This document shows positions 39,205 to 53,735 of a stretch of DNA of 64,000 bases, one piece after another. The number at the start of each line of letters is the position of its first letter. Positions within the stretch are counted from its first letter, which is position 1. The DNA is from Spironucleus salmonicida. Its lineage: Eukaryota. The notes below the pieces were generated by a model that ran no database searches, was not told the DNA's origin, and saw nothing but the letters and a program-made list of their open reading frames with translations. Both the position numbers and the translations under genes were made by a program. Location of the stretch: the NCBI RefSeq assembly GCF_000497125.1, contig NC_090597.1, positions 1,189,797 through 1,253,796 on the forward strand. Direction: 5' to 3'.

Positions 39205-41349
39205 ATGAAGCTCCCAATTACCAGAACTATCAAAATTACAAATTATCCTGACACAATTGAGCGTCCAGAACTATTTGCAGCTATATCTTAAATTCTTAGA
39301 CCTGATCGCCTCTATTATACTCCAAAATCATCGATAGCAGTATTCCAATTAGAATCAGAAAAAATAGACTTTTTGGAGTAAATAAAAACGTCTCCTATAG
39401 AACTTTTTGAGCATACTCTAAAAATTACAGATTATGAACTCGCTGCTCAGAAACCTACCATAGCTTCATAAAAACTTATTATTCCACTTTCGTTCAAAGA
39501 TTCTAAAATACCTGAAAACCAGCATCAAAAAATGTTGTAAAGAGCCTGTAAAACTATAGATAATGTAAAAGTAGGCCCTTCTAAAGGTTATAATTTAGCA
39601 AAAGACCTTCTCAAATCAAGTACTTATGAAATGGTAGTGTAACTGTAAAAAACAGCAACTGCTACTGAAGCTTTAAAATAGACGTAAACAATGCATAAAT
39701 TTGCTAGAATTTATGGGACTAAGGATACGTAAATTATCATCCGTAATATTGGCATGACAACTACTTTTAGCCAATTTATGAGCATTTTTAGAAGTACATT
39801 CCATTTTCCTACTAGAAAAGTTGTATTTAGCGGTAAAAAATGGGCAATTGTAACACTTTTTGATCGTTTAGATTCTGAAACATGTGTTAAATTAGCTAAA
39901 ATTAAAATTAATGATGACACTTGCATTATAGATTTTTTAGGCGAAAATGAAACTAACATCGAAAATTAAGAAGAATTGGAGCATATTGAAGAAGATCACT
40001 CATTCGAAATTGTTGAGGATGAAGAAGAAGAAGAAGATAATTAAGCAGCTAAATCAGAATCCGAAGATTCTGAATCTGACGTTAAAATTTAGGTTTATGA
40101 TCCGACAAAGCCATTAGAAGATCAGTTAAAAGAACTTTCTAATTAGTAAACTTCAGAAGCACATTCAGAAGCAGTAAAAACTACTACAAGACCATAGCCT
40201 CAACTATCTAAGTCAATCTAAGAGACAACACTTCCAAAACAACTTTTCATTTCCAACCTACCAATTTATCTTCCAAATTCTTTAACCAAATAACATACTG
40301 TGAAATAAACGCTTAGGCGTCTAATTTTCAAATATTTTAGTCCTTTTGGTGTAATTGCTAGTGTTATAGTAACAGAAAAATCAGGAAATCTTAATGGCAC
40401 AGCATTTTTAACTTTTGAAGATGCCGATTCTGTTGAAAAAACTTTAGATCTCATTCGTTACATCTAATAATTTAAATCATAAGATACCTTAAAAACAGGT
40501 GTTGAATTAGGGAAAAACACGAATTTTGGATAGTAAATCAAGCAATACTGTAAAGAAAATGAAATTAAGCAAGTTCCATGGGAATTTTTAGACTTGAATT
40601 AAGGATCATTCATCATAAACAGCTAAATTTTCTATGTATCGCGCGCACTCAGTAAAAATTCTCTTGATAAGAAATTACAGAATGAGAATATAAGGAACGA
40701 AGATTTATATAAATTTTAAGCTAAAAACACTGGTTCTGGAGAAGAAAATAATGTGCCTCCATAAGATTTAGTCAAGCGAAATCTGTTATTTAAAGAGCTC
40801 AAATTAAAATCACAAAATATCAATTTCCACTTTTCACCTACCAGAATTGTGGTCAAAAACCTGCCAAAAGATATGGATGAGCACGCATTTTGGCTGAGTA
40901 TATACAGATTTTATGCTTCGCGCAAGTTGATAGTGCCAGACGATACGTTCACCATTTCTGAAATGTAAAAACTGATGGATTTTAAGACTCGAAAACTTGA
41001 AAACAAAGCATTTTACTTCATGATATAACAACTGAAAATCAGTGAAATTCGTCTTCCCAGAGAGGATACTAATACCTTTGATATGGCACGCTGCAAGAGG
41101 TTCGACCTGCTGAAACGAATGGACGAACTTTCCGAATTGGGTTACTTTGAAAAAGCGACTAAATAAGTAGTTTTCTTAGAATTTGAGGATTCTAATGCCG
41201 CATGCGCTTTTTTTAAGCTAATTGACAATAATAGTTAGATTTTTGGAAGAAACAAAAGACCGATTCTCAGCTTTGCGGTTAGGGACGTTGGAAGGGAAAA
41301 GGGAAGGGATGGAAAAGGAGAGAAAAGAACTAAAGAAGATGAAAAGTGA
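39205..41349 (+). CDS. Multi-RRM nucleolar protein, Nop4/RBM28-like (714 aa)
   Basis: RNP2/RNP1 motifs LFISNLP, GTAFLTFED, TRIVVKNLP, VFLEFE, an acidic linker, and the C-terminal NNSQIFGRNKRPILSFA typical of Nop4/RBM28. Confidence 0.75.
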
Positions 41350-41375
41350 GCATTTTTCACGAAAATAAGATTCAC

Positions 41376-42821
41376 TCATGGCCTGATTAGGCTATATAGC
41401 TGACAGCTCATCGCAAGCACGTTAAGGCCTATTAAAACAAACGAAAAAACACTGAAAATTGCAGTTCTCAAAATGGGAAGTGGTTGTTATTAGACTTTTG
41501 CGGTCTCTATTTGAAGCAACTCATCTTTACTTCCGTTTTCATTGGCAGCTTATAGCTGATTTTCTTCATAATTGATTTCAGGAGACTCTTCTACAGAGTT
41601 ATTGATAGAGTCAGGAATATCAAGTACTATTCCTTATTTATACCATATCATTAGCCCACTCATTCCATATAGGAACATTCCTAGCAAGTTTGAAGTAAAA
41701 GATTGAATTTCGTCAATGGCACTCAAAAATGATGTTATTACAATACAAACTATGGTAACTGAAAATCCAATAATGTTATATTTTAAGTAGCCCTTAAATG
41801 TTGCCAAATCTGCATCAATTTTAAAGAATTAAATGATAGATCTGCGTATAGGATATAGCATGCAAGGGAATGATACAAAAACAACAATTGAAAATAGTAA
41901 CATTATGACTGTAGCCGTCTGATCTCCAGCAAAGGCCAATATAACATTAGAATTAATTTAAAAACATCCTGGATCAACTTAATTTCCACTGGCATCTCTG
42001 ACACAAGTAAAATCAAAAAAGAACAAAGAAAGAATACCAAAACCAGTATAAATACAAAAAGCCACTGGAATAGTGATATAAAAAACAGCCTATCTCATAC
42101 GAAGTTTCATTTCAGGGACTGTAATATTAAAATCTTGAACATATTCACGCATTATGCAAGGAATTGATGCAGTCATTGAATAAAGACTCAGAAACATTGT
42201 TATAAAAGTAAAGGTTAAGATATAGTTATCGTTGGCAGGCCATACCTATAAAATTGGGGCTACATGATCTCTATTAAGGATCCTACCAGTAGCAAGCCAA
42301 CTGAAAAATTGGCCAATAACGTATAATACCGTTAGGAATACAAAAAGAATACAGAAGCTACTGATAAAATTAAGAACTTTAATCGTTTTTAAAAGACTCA
42401 GTGGGAACATTACTAACAGTCCGCAAATAAACTTTAGACCAATTTACCAGGAGTTTTCGGTAAGCTAAGGAAGGTTAGCCCAAGTAGATATAGCCTAGCC
42501 TATATTTCCAGCAGATACAGCGATATAACTGACTGGAAGTAGGCAGAAAATAATACTTAGATCAATGAGGAACGTCCAAAATCGTCCAAATTTAGCAGAA
42601 ATCATTGTAGTAAGCGTCGGTTGTGTGCATTTATTACGAGTATGCTCGTTTATAATTTAATGGAAAACGAAGCAAGAGAAAATAACGGCTGTCAAATTAT
42701 ATAAAACAAACCAAAATAAACCTATTCGTTATGCTACAATAGGAATAGATAGAAGTCCTGATCCAAAGCAGCAGTTAAGTAGTGTAGATGCAATTTAGAA
42801 TTAAAGAGGCACTTTTCTCAT
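41376..42821 (-). CDS. Amino-acid permease, AAAP/SLC38 family (481 aa)
   Basis: TM1 STLLNCCFGSGLLSIP, FPLSLLKTIKVLNFISS, VSFPCMLYPIR, about 11 TMs. Confidence 0.87.
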
Positions 42822-43660
42822 AATATTAAGAAAAGATCTTTTAGAATTAGCATTGTAATATATTTATATGAATATTTATTAATTTTTTCGTAGATCTTTT
42901 TACATTTGTTTCTATAAATTTTATCTACGAATATATATTAAAAAGTATACGACATCAGTTTAAAAAAGTTGTATAAATTATTATTATTCTAAATAAAATA
43001 TATAATTGATAAAACTTTGTAGTGCTTTCCTTAGTATACGATTTTTGAAAAATATATATTTAATGTTAATATATTCAATAATTCATATTATAGTAATTTG
43101 TAAATAAACAGGTTGTTATTTATTGATAAAAATGAAAATAAGATTAGAATAGAATAAAAGTTTAAAATATTAAAAAAAGTAATATTAATAATACATGGTA
43201 TATTATAAATAGTTGCAAATTCTATAATTATTAAATATTTAAACATAATTAAACATATTATCGCACCTTGGCATAGATAAACTTGAATACTATACTACTA
43301 TAAATATACTTATGATTAACTTTTCATAAAGATAAAATAAAACCTATTAATAAATTATAATAGAATACCTATATTGCAAATTAAAATAAATTAGGTTATA
43401 TCTATATTGTTTCAGCAAATTTTGTTGTATTCATAATAGAAATTGAAAAAATAATAAAATTGTGGAACAATAGTATTTTCCTAACGAAGTATATAGTTTC
43501 CATAACTCTTCATATTTTACTTTTTAAATACCGATGCATGGAAAGTCTCGTAATTATTAAAATTTTAATAATTTTATAGGAAGTGCATACAATGAAAGTG
43601 CTGTTTAAGATTAAATATTAATATATATTATCTTAAATAAACATATAGTTTATAATAAAT

Positions 43661-44845
43661 TCAAACAGTCACTATTTCAATTTTATTATCATGTGCAATA
43701 ACTAATTTATCGCCAGCTGAAGATACACCATGCACAACTGAAAAATCTACCTTGACATTATACGATATTTCAGATATAACCATAACTTATTTAGTAGATA
43801 CTATGCATAGCGATGAGTTAACTACGACTGCCTTGAAAATATTTTCTATTTCGTAATAGTCAATTATTTTACCTTCAAAAGAAACAATATACACCTGATT
43901 TTATGTATATATTACAACTTTATTTTAATATATATGCATATTTTTAAATTAAAGCATCGATATAGGTAAAAACCATTTTACAAGTATGAAGCTTTCCATA
44001 GGTAAAGTCTATGGCACTGCGCTAATGATAGAAATATCTTTTGGTAATATCTGTGCATAGAGTAAGCCTGTATCTAGTGCAACTAGAAGAGCACTCTACT
44101 CTATTTTTATACTTATAATGCAGTTAGACTCTATAATATCGTTAAAATTAATTGTAATAGCGCATACATTTCCTTTAATTTTTAGTGTATTATCGCACCA
44201 ATAATATTTTGTAGTATTATATATAAGAAATCCATCTATTTGTTACTTATCATATTCATTAATGATATAATCATTTCCAATTTTTTATAAAAATTTGGCA
44301 GCACCTTTTCTTTTAACAGGTTTTTAATCAATCATTTCACAACCAGGGAATCCAAAAACTTGAACTTAATATTTAAAAAGTGATACAAGTTAATTATTTG
44401 AGACAGAGAAAAGCTCTGAGGTAGCCCTAAAAATAAACCGTAGTTAATCATGAATTGCAACAAATACTCGCAAAGAATCTTATTACCTAACGAATATATA
44501 GTACATGTTTGCTATCTTCAATGTATCAAATTACTCTACTTAAGAAAACTGTGCTATAAAGGTAGCGGATGGTATAGATTTTAATGGCATTTACTTACTT
44601 TGTATTTAGTTTTATAACAAAATTGGTTATGGTAGTAATTTCTATTACAGAATTGAATGATAAAGACCTTTTTAAACCAATTTACGCAGCAAATTTTTCT
44701 ATGATTTGTAATTTGTAACCTAGGCTTCATGTGAAAATTAGAACAATGTTCTATCATAACCTGACTCAGACAAATAGTCCACAATAAGTTTATTTACGTC
44801 AGATGGTGACATCAGTGAAGATCTAAAAATATTGCTTAACTACAT
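43661..44845 (-). CDS. LisH-motif protein with a probable divergent beta-propeller, TBL1/Sif2-like architecture (394 aa)
   Basis: N-terminal SDVNKLIVDYLSESGYDRTLFQFSHEA is a LisH motif. The beta-rich remainder ends GDKLVIAHDNKIEIVTV. Confidence 0.65.
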
Positions 44846-45075
44846 TATTTACAGTGGAAAGTAAATATTAATAAAAATATAGTAATATATAACTATTTAC
44901 TTTTTTTGCATCTTCATTATTTAATCAAGAGATCATCTTAAGTTATCTAAAATGGTGCAAAGATATGGAATTAGATTGTATGACAAGTACAATTTCCGAA
45001 ATATAGTATAAACTGGTCAAATATATTAATAATATTTTATAAGATTAATCATATAATTATCCCTTTCCGCAAATT

Positions 45076-45384
45076 ATGGATTAATGCTAAGTTGAGTAAA
45101 CGATTTCTAGAATCACTTAACTACCTGGAGTTTAAGGAATATTAGTATTATTAGATGATGGTTAAGTTCTGCGTACCACTTTTGATGAAGAAATGACTTA
45201 AAAATATACTCGTTTAATACTTCAATTTGCGCTTTTAGCTATTGCATCAATACGCGATGCAGATCCATAAAATGAATTAAATTATTGTAGGGTTAGAAGT
45301 GATAAAAGGGAAATTGTTGTAATTCCAGACTAAAAATGGTTCATTGTAGTGGTTAGCAATATGGATGCAGAGTTCAGGTAGTGA
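45076..45384 (+). CDS. DYNLRB: Dynein light chain roadblock/LC7 (102 aa)
   Basis: VEQTISRITQLPGVQGILVL...IRDADPQNELNYCRVRSDKREIVVIPD. Confidence 0.93.
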
Positions 45385-45454
45385 ATTTGTTTCAAAAATG
45401 TACTATTTTATTTTAGATATTATATATTTGTGTTTATTATTTCATTTCACACTA

Positions 45455-45703
45455 ATGGGTTCTTGTTAGTAAATCAATGTGAACACGGCAGGCTAAATGT
45501 AATAACTAGAGGACTACAATTCATACTAACTAGAGTAATAACTAGAGAAAAAAGATACATTATTCATGAAGCTTCAAAATAACTCCAGTGCTATACCAGA
45601 ACTGCATCTTGATTTAGAGTTATCAGACGTTTAAACTGGTGACACAGAATAGATAAATAATGATTTTTAAGGTCTGATTAATCAGTATTTATCAGTAGAG
45701 TGA
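45455..45703 (+). CDS. Small acidic protein with MGSC N-terminus (82 aa)
   Basis: Open in code 6, ends GAG TGA. Confidence 0.55.
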
Positions 45704-45735
45704 GTCCTAAATAAATTCTCTCAATATATTAGTAT

Positions 45736-46254
45736 TCAGTCAATATCAACCTCCACAAGGTTATAGTCATGTTACTGCCCTACCTTTTGGCTAGATAAAA
45801 TGTAATCTGTTATTTATAAATTCTAAAACTAGTCCAAATCTAGCACTGATGCACAATTCTGTTCGAGAACTAATAACTAATGCTTTTCTTCGAATTCTTG
45901 AGATTATAATGTCTTTTAATTCAAATTTGGCACTGAATACTATATTTATGTTGTTTCTGCACTTGGAATTTCCGGTTCTATCACCATCTCTATATCGGAA
46001 ATTGAACAAATTGTATCGTGTTCCCAAATATTAGATTCAGCAAAAGGAGAGTCTAAATCAAAGTCTAGAGGAACTTAATCTATTTTTCGTTTCTAACCTA
46101 TCATTAGTTAGAGTTTATCTAAAACTTACCACTAGGCTTCTGTAACCTTTTTATCCTCTTAGCTAGTCGATATATGAGAGTTGAAAGCATTCATCATTGC
46201 CGAGTCCTTAGAGTGTTCTAATTCGTTTTACTTAGATGGGCTTACGCACCCCAT
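45736..46254 (-). CDS. Acidic low-complexity protein with MGC N-terminus (172 aa)
   Basis: MGCVSPSKQNELE..., open in code 6. Confidence 0.65.
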
Positions 46255-46350
46255 TTTCTATCATATGAGTATTATATAAATTTATAGATGTTTAATAAAT
46301 ATTTAATATTGACCTTTAATATAATGTTGATTATAACTAATAATGAAATT

Positions 46351-49026
46351 TCACTATTCCAAAAGTGCATATTTTAATCCACCAATATCTTGATTAATAT
46401 CCTAAATAGTTTCTCTTTGAAACTCAATAACTCTTCCGTATAACTTACATTATTGAACTTTATGCATATTTTTAAAAGGATAAAATAGAAGCATTTCTAT
46501 ATCATTTTCATTTTGAGCCTAGCTTAATGCCTTATTAACGGATGTTTACCCCAAGCTCAATAGCTTGCTCAAAATTATATATATATGTTTACTATCACAT
46601 AAAGATATTAATCTTTTGATGTCCTTTTAAATTTAAATTTTTTCTAAAACTAGATCAAACACATCTTAAAATTCATATCTACAATTAGCCAAAAATGTGT
46701 AGTTCTATATCTAAATTTATTGATTACTAAAAATTTTAAGTAACTAAATCGATGGAAGGGAAAAATTTAGTTGATGAAAATTATCTAGAATTTCGCTAAT
46801 TGAGTATTTTTTAATAAGCTTTTTAAGTTACTACTCTTCCATTTAACAGGGAATTTAATTCACTTCAAATACAAGAATTTTATTTTAGTTAAACTAGAAT
46901 ATTGAATTTTAATTTAAATGCTTAAAAAGATTAAAAATCGATAGGCCTGAAATTTATGGCAAAAATTCACGTTTTCGTTCAACAAAAGGTGTAAAGTTAG
47001 TCATTATATATTCGTATGCTTTTTAAACACCATTATATACCTAGTTTGATGTAAAATATTTACTGTAAAAATTAGTTTCAGAATAATCGATTTGGCTAAA
47101 AGCAGCTTTATATAATTTCTTTAAGCTACTATATTTATCACATAGTAATAAAATATACTTCAATAATATATATTAATTCTTTGTTTCGAATTCACCTGTA
47201 AATAGAACCAAAATAAAGCATATTCCATTGCAAAGTACATATTTTTCATCATTTTCACCTAGAAATTCTCCTATTTAAAGTGGAACAACGATATTTTTTA
47301 ACTCGTCAAAGTTTTCATTTTCAATATTCTAGAAACAATTTAATAGTTCTTCATCAATTTTTGCACGCATATTAGGATGGAACAGTGTGTAAAATTAATT
47401 TGAGATGAAAGATTGAGCTGAGAGCTAAACGCGAACCTAATTGATTAAATCTATCAAAACTTGTAAAGATTTTCTACCTTCTACAGGTATAAGTTCAGTG
47501 TATTACTCTAAAAATAATATTAATATATTGTCATTTAAAATTGTTACTTTTTCTGTTTAAACATGAAATTTATGTTTCAAACTATGTTTTTTACATAGTT
47601 GAGCAACAATTTATTCAGGATAGCTAGATTTAATTATTATGAATAATTCATTTAACTCAACAAAATCACCCGCTACCGCACGTTCTAATGCTCGAAATGT
47701 AGTTAAAATTGGGTTTTTCCACGTCTATTATAGCGGGAAAATAAAATTTTTAGATTAAAAATCTGATTTTTCTTATTCAGTGCACTGCATCATAAAGAGA
47801 CCCTTTAAAATATTATTTGGACAACCCTTATTTGCTTAAATTAATACACTTTTCGGGACATATTCACGTGCGTTCTAGATAAAATACTGATATTTTCGGC
47901 CCATAAAGCAATAATAAACCACTTATTTCAAAGTCATCTACATATTATATGATTTTTACGTCATTATAGTACCGTAAAAACAATTTTCAAATGATTAAGC
48001 GTAAAAATCAGTTTGAAGTAAACCCATTCGTGCATAGCATTCTTTAATTTTTTAAAACACTTTAATACTATAAAGGCCTTCTAAGGCTTGTATTTCCGGG
48101 AGTTTTAAATTTATTTCAGGAGATGAACTCAGTAATTGAACCAAAGTGACAAAAAGAGCACAAAAAGCGTCCTATTTATTTGTTATTTCTTCTTTTAAAA
48201 TTGAATCATTGAGATATTCAATGTCTTCAAGAGTAGAAGGAAGATTTCTAATCCAAAAAGCTGATTTTTACTGAAGAAGTGGGATAAAATCAAATGAACG
48301 ATGATTTTGACTGATTTTTTCTTTTAAAAGAAGCACATTTCCAGGAGACTAATTTAAGAAGCTGAATATCTGTGGGTTTATTTTAAAATTTGCATATAAA
48401 AATGCATATTTTGTAGTATTAAACCTGCTGAAATTTATAATAATTGAAGATGCATTAAATGTAGAAGGATATACCGAAGTAAAAAATTTACATATTTATT
48501 ACTATAAAGTAATAGAATCAAATTATTAAAAATTTTAAGGAGATAGTTTTTACAAAAAATTTAATGAAAGAGGTGGAAGTTTGTTAAAAAAAGTTAATCT
48601 GGAGAGTAATATGTTAATTAAGTCTCTAAATTGATTCTTATTTTAGAGTTCCATTTATTTGTAGGATGTATGGATAAATTAAATAATGAGCTGTTTCTAA
48701 GATTGAAAATCATCTTCTGGTTTTTTGAGTATTGTTTAAAGAAGTTTGAAAATAGAATCTAGATGTTCATGCTAGAAAAAAGAAAACAAGGATAGGTCGG
48801 GAATTGATCCAGGATGTGTTGCATAATAAGTAGAAGCTTCTAGCTTTTAATGCATTGTTAACTGTAAATCTTTTTATTACATTATATTAAAGTTATTAGG
48901 TAGGTGTATGATAGTAAGAATAAATAGTTATATTTAATTTAGTGAATATTATTGCAACTCATAGAAAGAGTTTGAAAAAATATTGGCAGCTAATGGAAGT
49001 GATATTATTTCATTTTTAAGTTACAT
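46351..49026 (-). CDS. Large helical hypothetical protein (about 891 aa, start uncertain)
   Basis: In-frame ATGs at 49026, 48882 and 48855, ends TAG TGA. The frame was checked over roughly the first half. Confidence 0.65.
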
Positions 49027-49445
49027 TATAATTTATTATGATGGATTATTAGCAAAAAATGTTTATACTAAATGGTTAATTCTATCTGTTTAAAGCTACT
49101 CTTAATCCATCTTTTTAAGAAGTGAAAAATAAAATTTATATTATTATATTAATAATAATGTGAGGATAAAATTACTTTTCATTTTTCCTTTCTTTTAAGA
49201 TGTAAGAGTTTTTCTTATCATCGATCTATGATTAAAACTTGACTTTCTGATAATGATGAGCTTGTCATAGTTACTATGAGTATTCAATTATATTTTTATT
49301 ATTTTAATTTACTTATATGTAAGCTATTCATGTCGAAAATGTATCTATTAATTTTTTATATAAGTATTAATTAGGATAATTAGTAATTTTATATGTTTTG
49401 AATTTTATATAGTATTATATATAAGAATATAAATCATGAATTAAA

Positions 49446-51554
49446 ATGTTGAAAAAATTTTAATCTTAGTTAAAAACTGTTCTTTTTAAGTAATTAGCGG
49501 ATATCAAGACCTAGATAAGGATTTAGTTATAAGATTCAGTAGATAACTATTAAACATAGGAGAATAACTAAGATTCAAAAACTTTATTTATTATAGATTT
49601 TTTACAAAAAACGACAAATCTTCATGACTATATAGTTAATTAACAATAGTAATATGTTGATGAGTATAATAAGTTATATTCTCAGCTTTAATTAAAAATA
49701 TCGGATGTAGAGACTTAAAACGATTAATACGAATCTGAAAATACCAGGCTTATGATTTTAAGTTCATAGACAGAAATATAAGCTAAAAAGTTTAGTAAAT
49801 AAATATCACTATAGCATAAAAATATAAAAAAATTAATTATATCCTTAGATTAAAAAGAAAACCATTTTAAGCAATCAATCCTCTACAAATCTGATGCTGC
49901 CAAGTAAGAAAAAATTAAGGAAGCACAGCGAGATTAAGAACTAAGATAACTTTTGTAAGGATTTTTGATTACGGATGATAAAGATATATCATAAATTGAA
50001 TACACAAATAGTAATAATGATAGTTTTAATGAAATATAATATAAGAAATCAATCTAAGCGTTAAAAAAAGAAATTTAATATCTTAAATCCTTAAAATAAT
50101 CTGATGATAAGGATGTATAGACTGAAGGAGCTGATTTACAAAGAGTACTTTTGTAACAAATTAAGAAACTTAAAAAAAGTATTCGTAAGATTAAAACAAA
50201 TAATTTATACGAAAATTCTAATATAGATAATATTCCTGATATTGAACTAATTTAGTCCTCTAGCCTGAGTTACGAATCCAGCTTGTCATAAGAAAATGAA
50301 CCAACGCGTTTAACTTCGGATAATGGTCTAGATGATTTACCAAGAGTTATTAGTAAATCTAGCTTACAAGTTATAACCTCTTATTCAAACTTAATTGAAT
50401 CTAGGACTCTTAGCGCTCACTAATAGTCAACTTTAACTATGTCAAGAACTCAACTGAAACCATATTAATAAGGTAAATAAGATTGTGAATAGTTACTAGT
50501 TGATTAAGAAACATAGTAGATCTGCAACGTGACAGGAAATACTAATACTGCTATTCATAGATCTTACCAACTGAAAGATTACAATAATGACGAGATAGAT
50601 TAATTAAAACTTCGTGAATGTGTGCAAATAGGCGCACTATCAGAAGAATTTTCTCATTCTTATAAAGGAAATAAAACGAAAAATTAATTAATTTAAACCA
50701 TTCTTTCATAATTTGATTAAGAATTAGCAGATTAAATAGAAAAATAACACTAAAAGTTAAAAGATTAACTAAATTTTGAAATAGATCCTAAAAAATTTGA
50801 TTTTGAACATGTTCTATAGTCAGTTAATTCTTTATAATAATAATCAAATTAAGATTAAGTAATAAACACTATTTCCTTAAAGTAAGTAGAAGAAATTTAA
50901 AATTTAGCATAAATTAAGACATTCATACTCCCTTAGATGGTTAAAAATAACAAGGAGTCGAATAGAAAAAAAGAATCACCAGGAAATACAGAGACTGCTA
51001 ATCAGGTAGAAACGGATGTAAAACCAGTTAAAATTGGGGCTATAACCACATTAGAAGAAATTGAAAGATTAGCACCTAGTATTCCGCTCGTGGATGCGAA
51101 TTCTTCCCTACTATAAAAGAAAGATTCGAAAAATACTCAAATGATAGATATTCCTTTACCAAAATTAGCAAATAATATGTTTAATTTAATGAAAAAGACA
51201 TAAAAACAAGGTATTCCATTGGAAAAAACAGGGCGTTCACCTATTAAGCTTCCACGAGGAACACTTTATCCAAAAACGAAGGTACCAGTTTCTGGAAATT
51301 ATTTTACTCGAATTGCAAATCCAGACTTGAAACTATTAAAATATGATATAGGAACACAGGTTTGCCTTTGCGATTGTTACAGGCTTGAAGAGTCTAAAAT
51401 TGAACTTTGTGATGTAAGAGCATAATTTGACTTCCTAAAAAAAGTTATTGGTAGATTGAGCGCCCAACCTATGATAGAATGGTAAGCTAGAGAGATAGAA
51501 GAAGGAAGAAGATAGGCAATGAAATTAGTTGTAAACAGACACCGTGTTAAATGA
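49446..51554 (+). CDS. Coiled-coil/low-complexity hypothetical protein (702 aa)
   Basis: In frame with track ORF 51219-51425, Q/E/K-rich. Confidence 0.72.
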
Positions 51555-51663
51555 GTATTTATGCTAGATGTATTATTGTTACTAATACATTGCATTTCGA
51601 TACTAATCCAATACATTTCTGGCATTTATTTATATGAATATTTCCAGTTTTTGTTTATTTCAC

Positions 51664-52563
51664 TCAAGATTTAAGATTCCACAGCTCTAATATTCCAGTT
51701 TCATACCACCCACTTGTATCTCTCTTAATAGCCCTTATAATATTTCCAGGATATGCCTGACAAATCCAGTCGTAGTACCTGTCACGAAACAGTGCAGTAA
51801 CATTTATTAATAACGTATCATCTGTACCCATCCCTTTTACTGCATGCGAGACCAGTTAGGCGCACAAATTGGCTGGGTGGACGTTAAAATCATAGGCCGC
51901 TAACATGGCGGCTTCGGTGTGTCCTGAAAACTCCTTTTTGACAACATGCCGCAAGTTGATAAGATATTGCCTGTTGTATTCTGCCACGATTGCGTTGAAC
52001 GAATCATGCGACGTGGTGGTAAAAACATCAATAAACACGTTCTCACGTGTTCCTGGGCCTACCTCAGCCTTATGGAGCTGTGCTACTAAATCCTACACAT
52101 CTCCATGCTGCAGCTTGTCGTTCTTGAGCCAGTGCTTCATCAGGCGCCCAAAAGTCCAGAAGGGTGGGACATCGAACTCGATCGCGTGGTCAAGCGTCTT
52201 GCGATACTTCTGCTGGTAGGCTAGGCGCACCTGCTGCTTGTCGTAGTCGTCCATCATAAAGACGTAGTAGATGAGCCGTTTCTCATCCGTTCCGAGCCCA
52301 GCGACTGCGTGGTGGATACACTCGGCCCAGAGCTGGTAGCGCGGCTGCAGTGTGCTGAGCACCAGCTTTTCGAAGTTGAAAGAGGTCTCGAAGCGCACGG
52401 TCTGCGCCAACGATTTGTTGAACATCTGGTTGTATGCCAGCTGCATGTCCTGGAGCTGCTCGTTTGTCGCGCCCTTGACGCACAAAATCACCGCCTTCTC
52501 GCGCGTGCCTATACCAGAAAAGGCGCTGTGAAATGCCTGCGCTGCGTGCTACGGAATGGACAT
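51664..52563 (-). CDS. Annexin (alpha-giardin-type family), four repeats (299 aa)
   Basis: Endonexin-fold motifs AFSGIGTRE, AVAGLGTDE, AEVGPGTRE, AVKGMGTDD, plus FETSFNFEKL, KEFSGHTE, RDTSGWYE. Alternative ATGs at 52578 and 52593. Confidence 0.93.
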
Positions 52564-52599
52564 TCTGGAAGTTAGCATTGCGAACCCGAACATAAAATC

Positions 52600-53307
52600 T
52601 CAGTCCACGGCGTCCTCGACCTCTAGCGCGATCTCGCTACACGCACCATAGCAACTTACGGTCACGCGGCCAATACGCCCCCGGCGCCCGGCGATCCCGC
52701 CGCTGATGAATGCCATGTAGAACATCTAGCCAGTAGCACTCAGGTGCTCTGCGATGTCTCGGAGGTCGTTCCCGTTCAATACAACGCCGGATAGCGTGAA
52801 AATACTGTACTCGTGCTGATTGTCGCTTCCAAAACAGAGTCCACGTACGATTTCGCTTACCTCGGCGCAAGATTTTGCTGGTGGTGGCCCCGGGAGGATT
52901 TTTTTGGAGAATTTGACCACGATCGGAGCGGATAGCTCGCTCACCCGCTGGTTCGAAATTAGCACCTTTTCATGCATCAGTTTCGCGAACTTCTCGCCGT
53001 CTGGGCCCTTGCTCAGGTCCAGCGTCGCGAGCGAGGCCGAGAAAACCGAAAACTCCTTCTCGATATCGTCAAACTGGAAGATTGCCTTACGTGACGGTAG
53101 GATCTGGCAGTTTCCACATTTTGCAGTTAAGAACGTGTGGGGCTGGAGGCGGAGTGGGGCTGAGATTAGAGTCGAAAACTGCTCGATAGAAAGTGAGTTA
53201 AAAAAGAGTATTGAGGACATATCATTGCTGCTGACGATGATTTTGATATCTGTGATAAGGTTGAACTGCTTCAGGCTCGTTTTCAGAGTTTAGAGCGAGA
53301 TGGGCAT
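52600..53307 (-). CDS. Hypothetical protein (235 aa)
   Basis: CCACTCC at 53310-53316, GC3-biased, contains track ORF 52726-53220. Confidence 0.78.
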
Positions 53308-53735
53308 TAGGAGTGGAAATGAGATGACGTAATTATAGTTTAGTTGTGAGGGATAAATTAGCCGACTTGAATGTTAAAATTATAACATATTCTAAGAATA
53401 AAGATGCATTCTCTGATTGGAGGTTGGAATTATTAATAAAGTAACGAAATTGCCGGTTAACATAGTTTGTGGAAAATAGTTTTTTTTTAATTTATACAGA
53501 TTAAAATTAGTGCGTTTTATACATTTTAAGGTTCGATTATACTTTGTTCAATATTGCTTGACTCCTTACAATTGATGGTAACCAAGATTGCTATAATTGA
53601 GGTTAATTAAATTATTAAAATATAGTTTCGATTCGAAGCGTCATATAAAAAAATATATTAGAATCTAATTATTGATGATTCGTTAATTTGTTTTCAATAC
53701 TATTATATTATATATTATATTAAGTTTATTATTAA

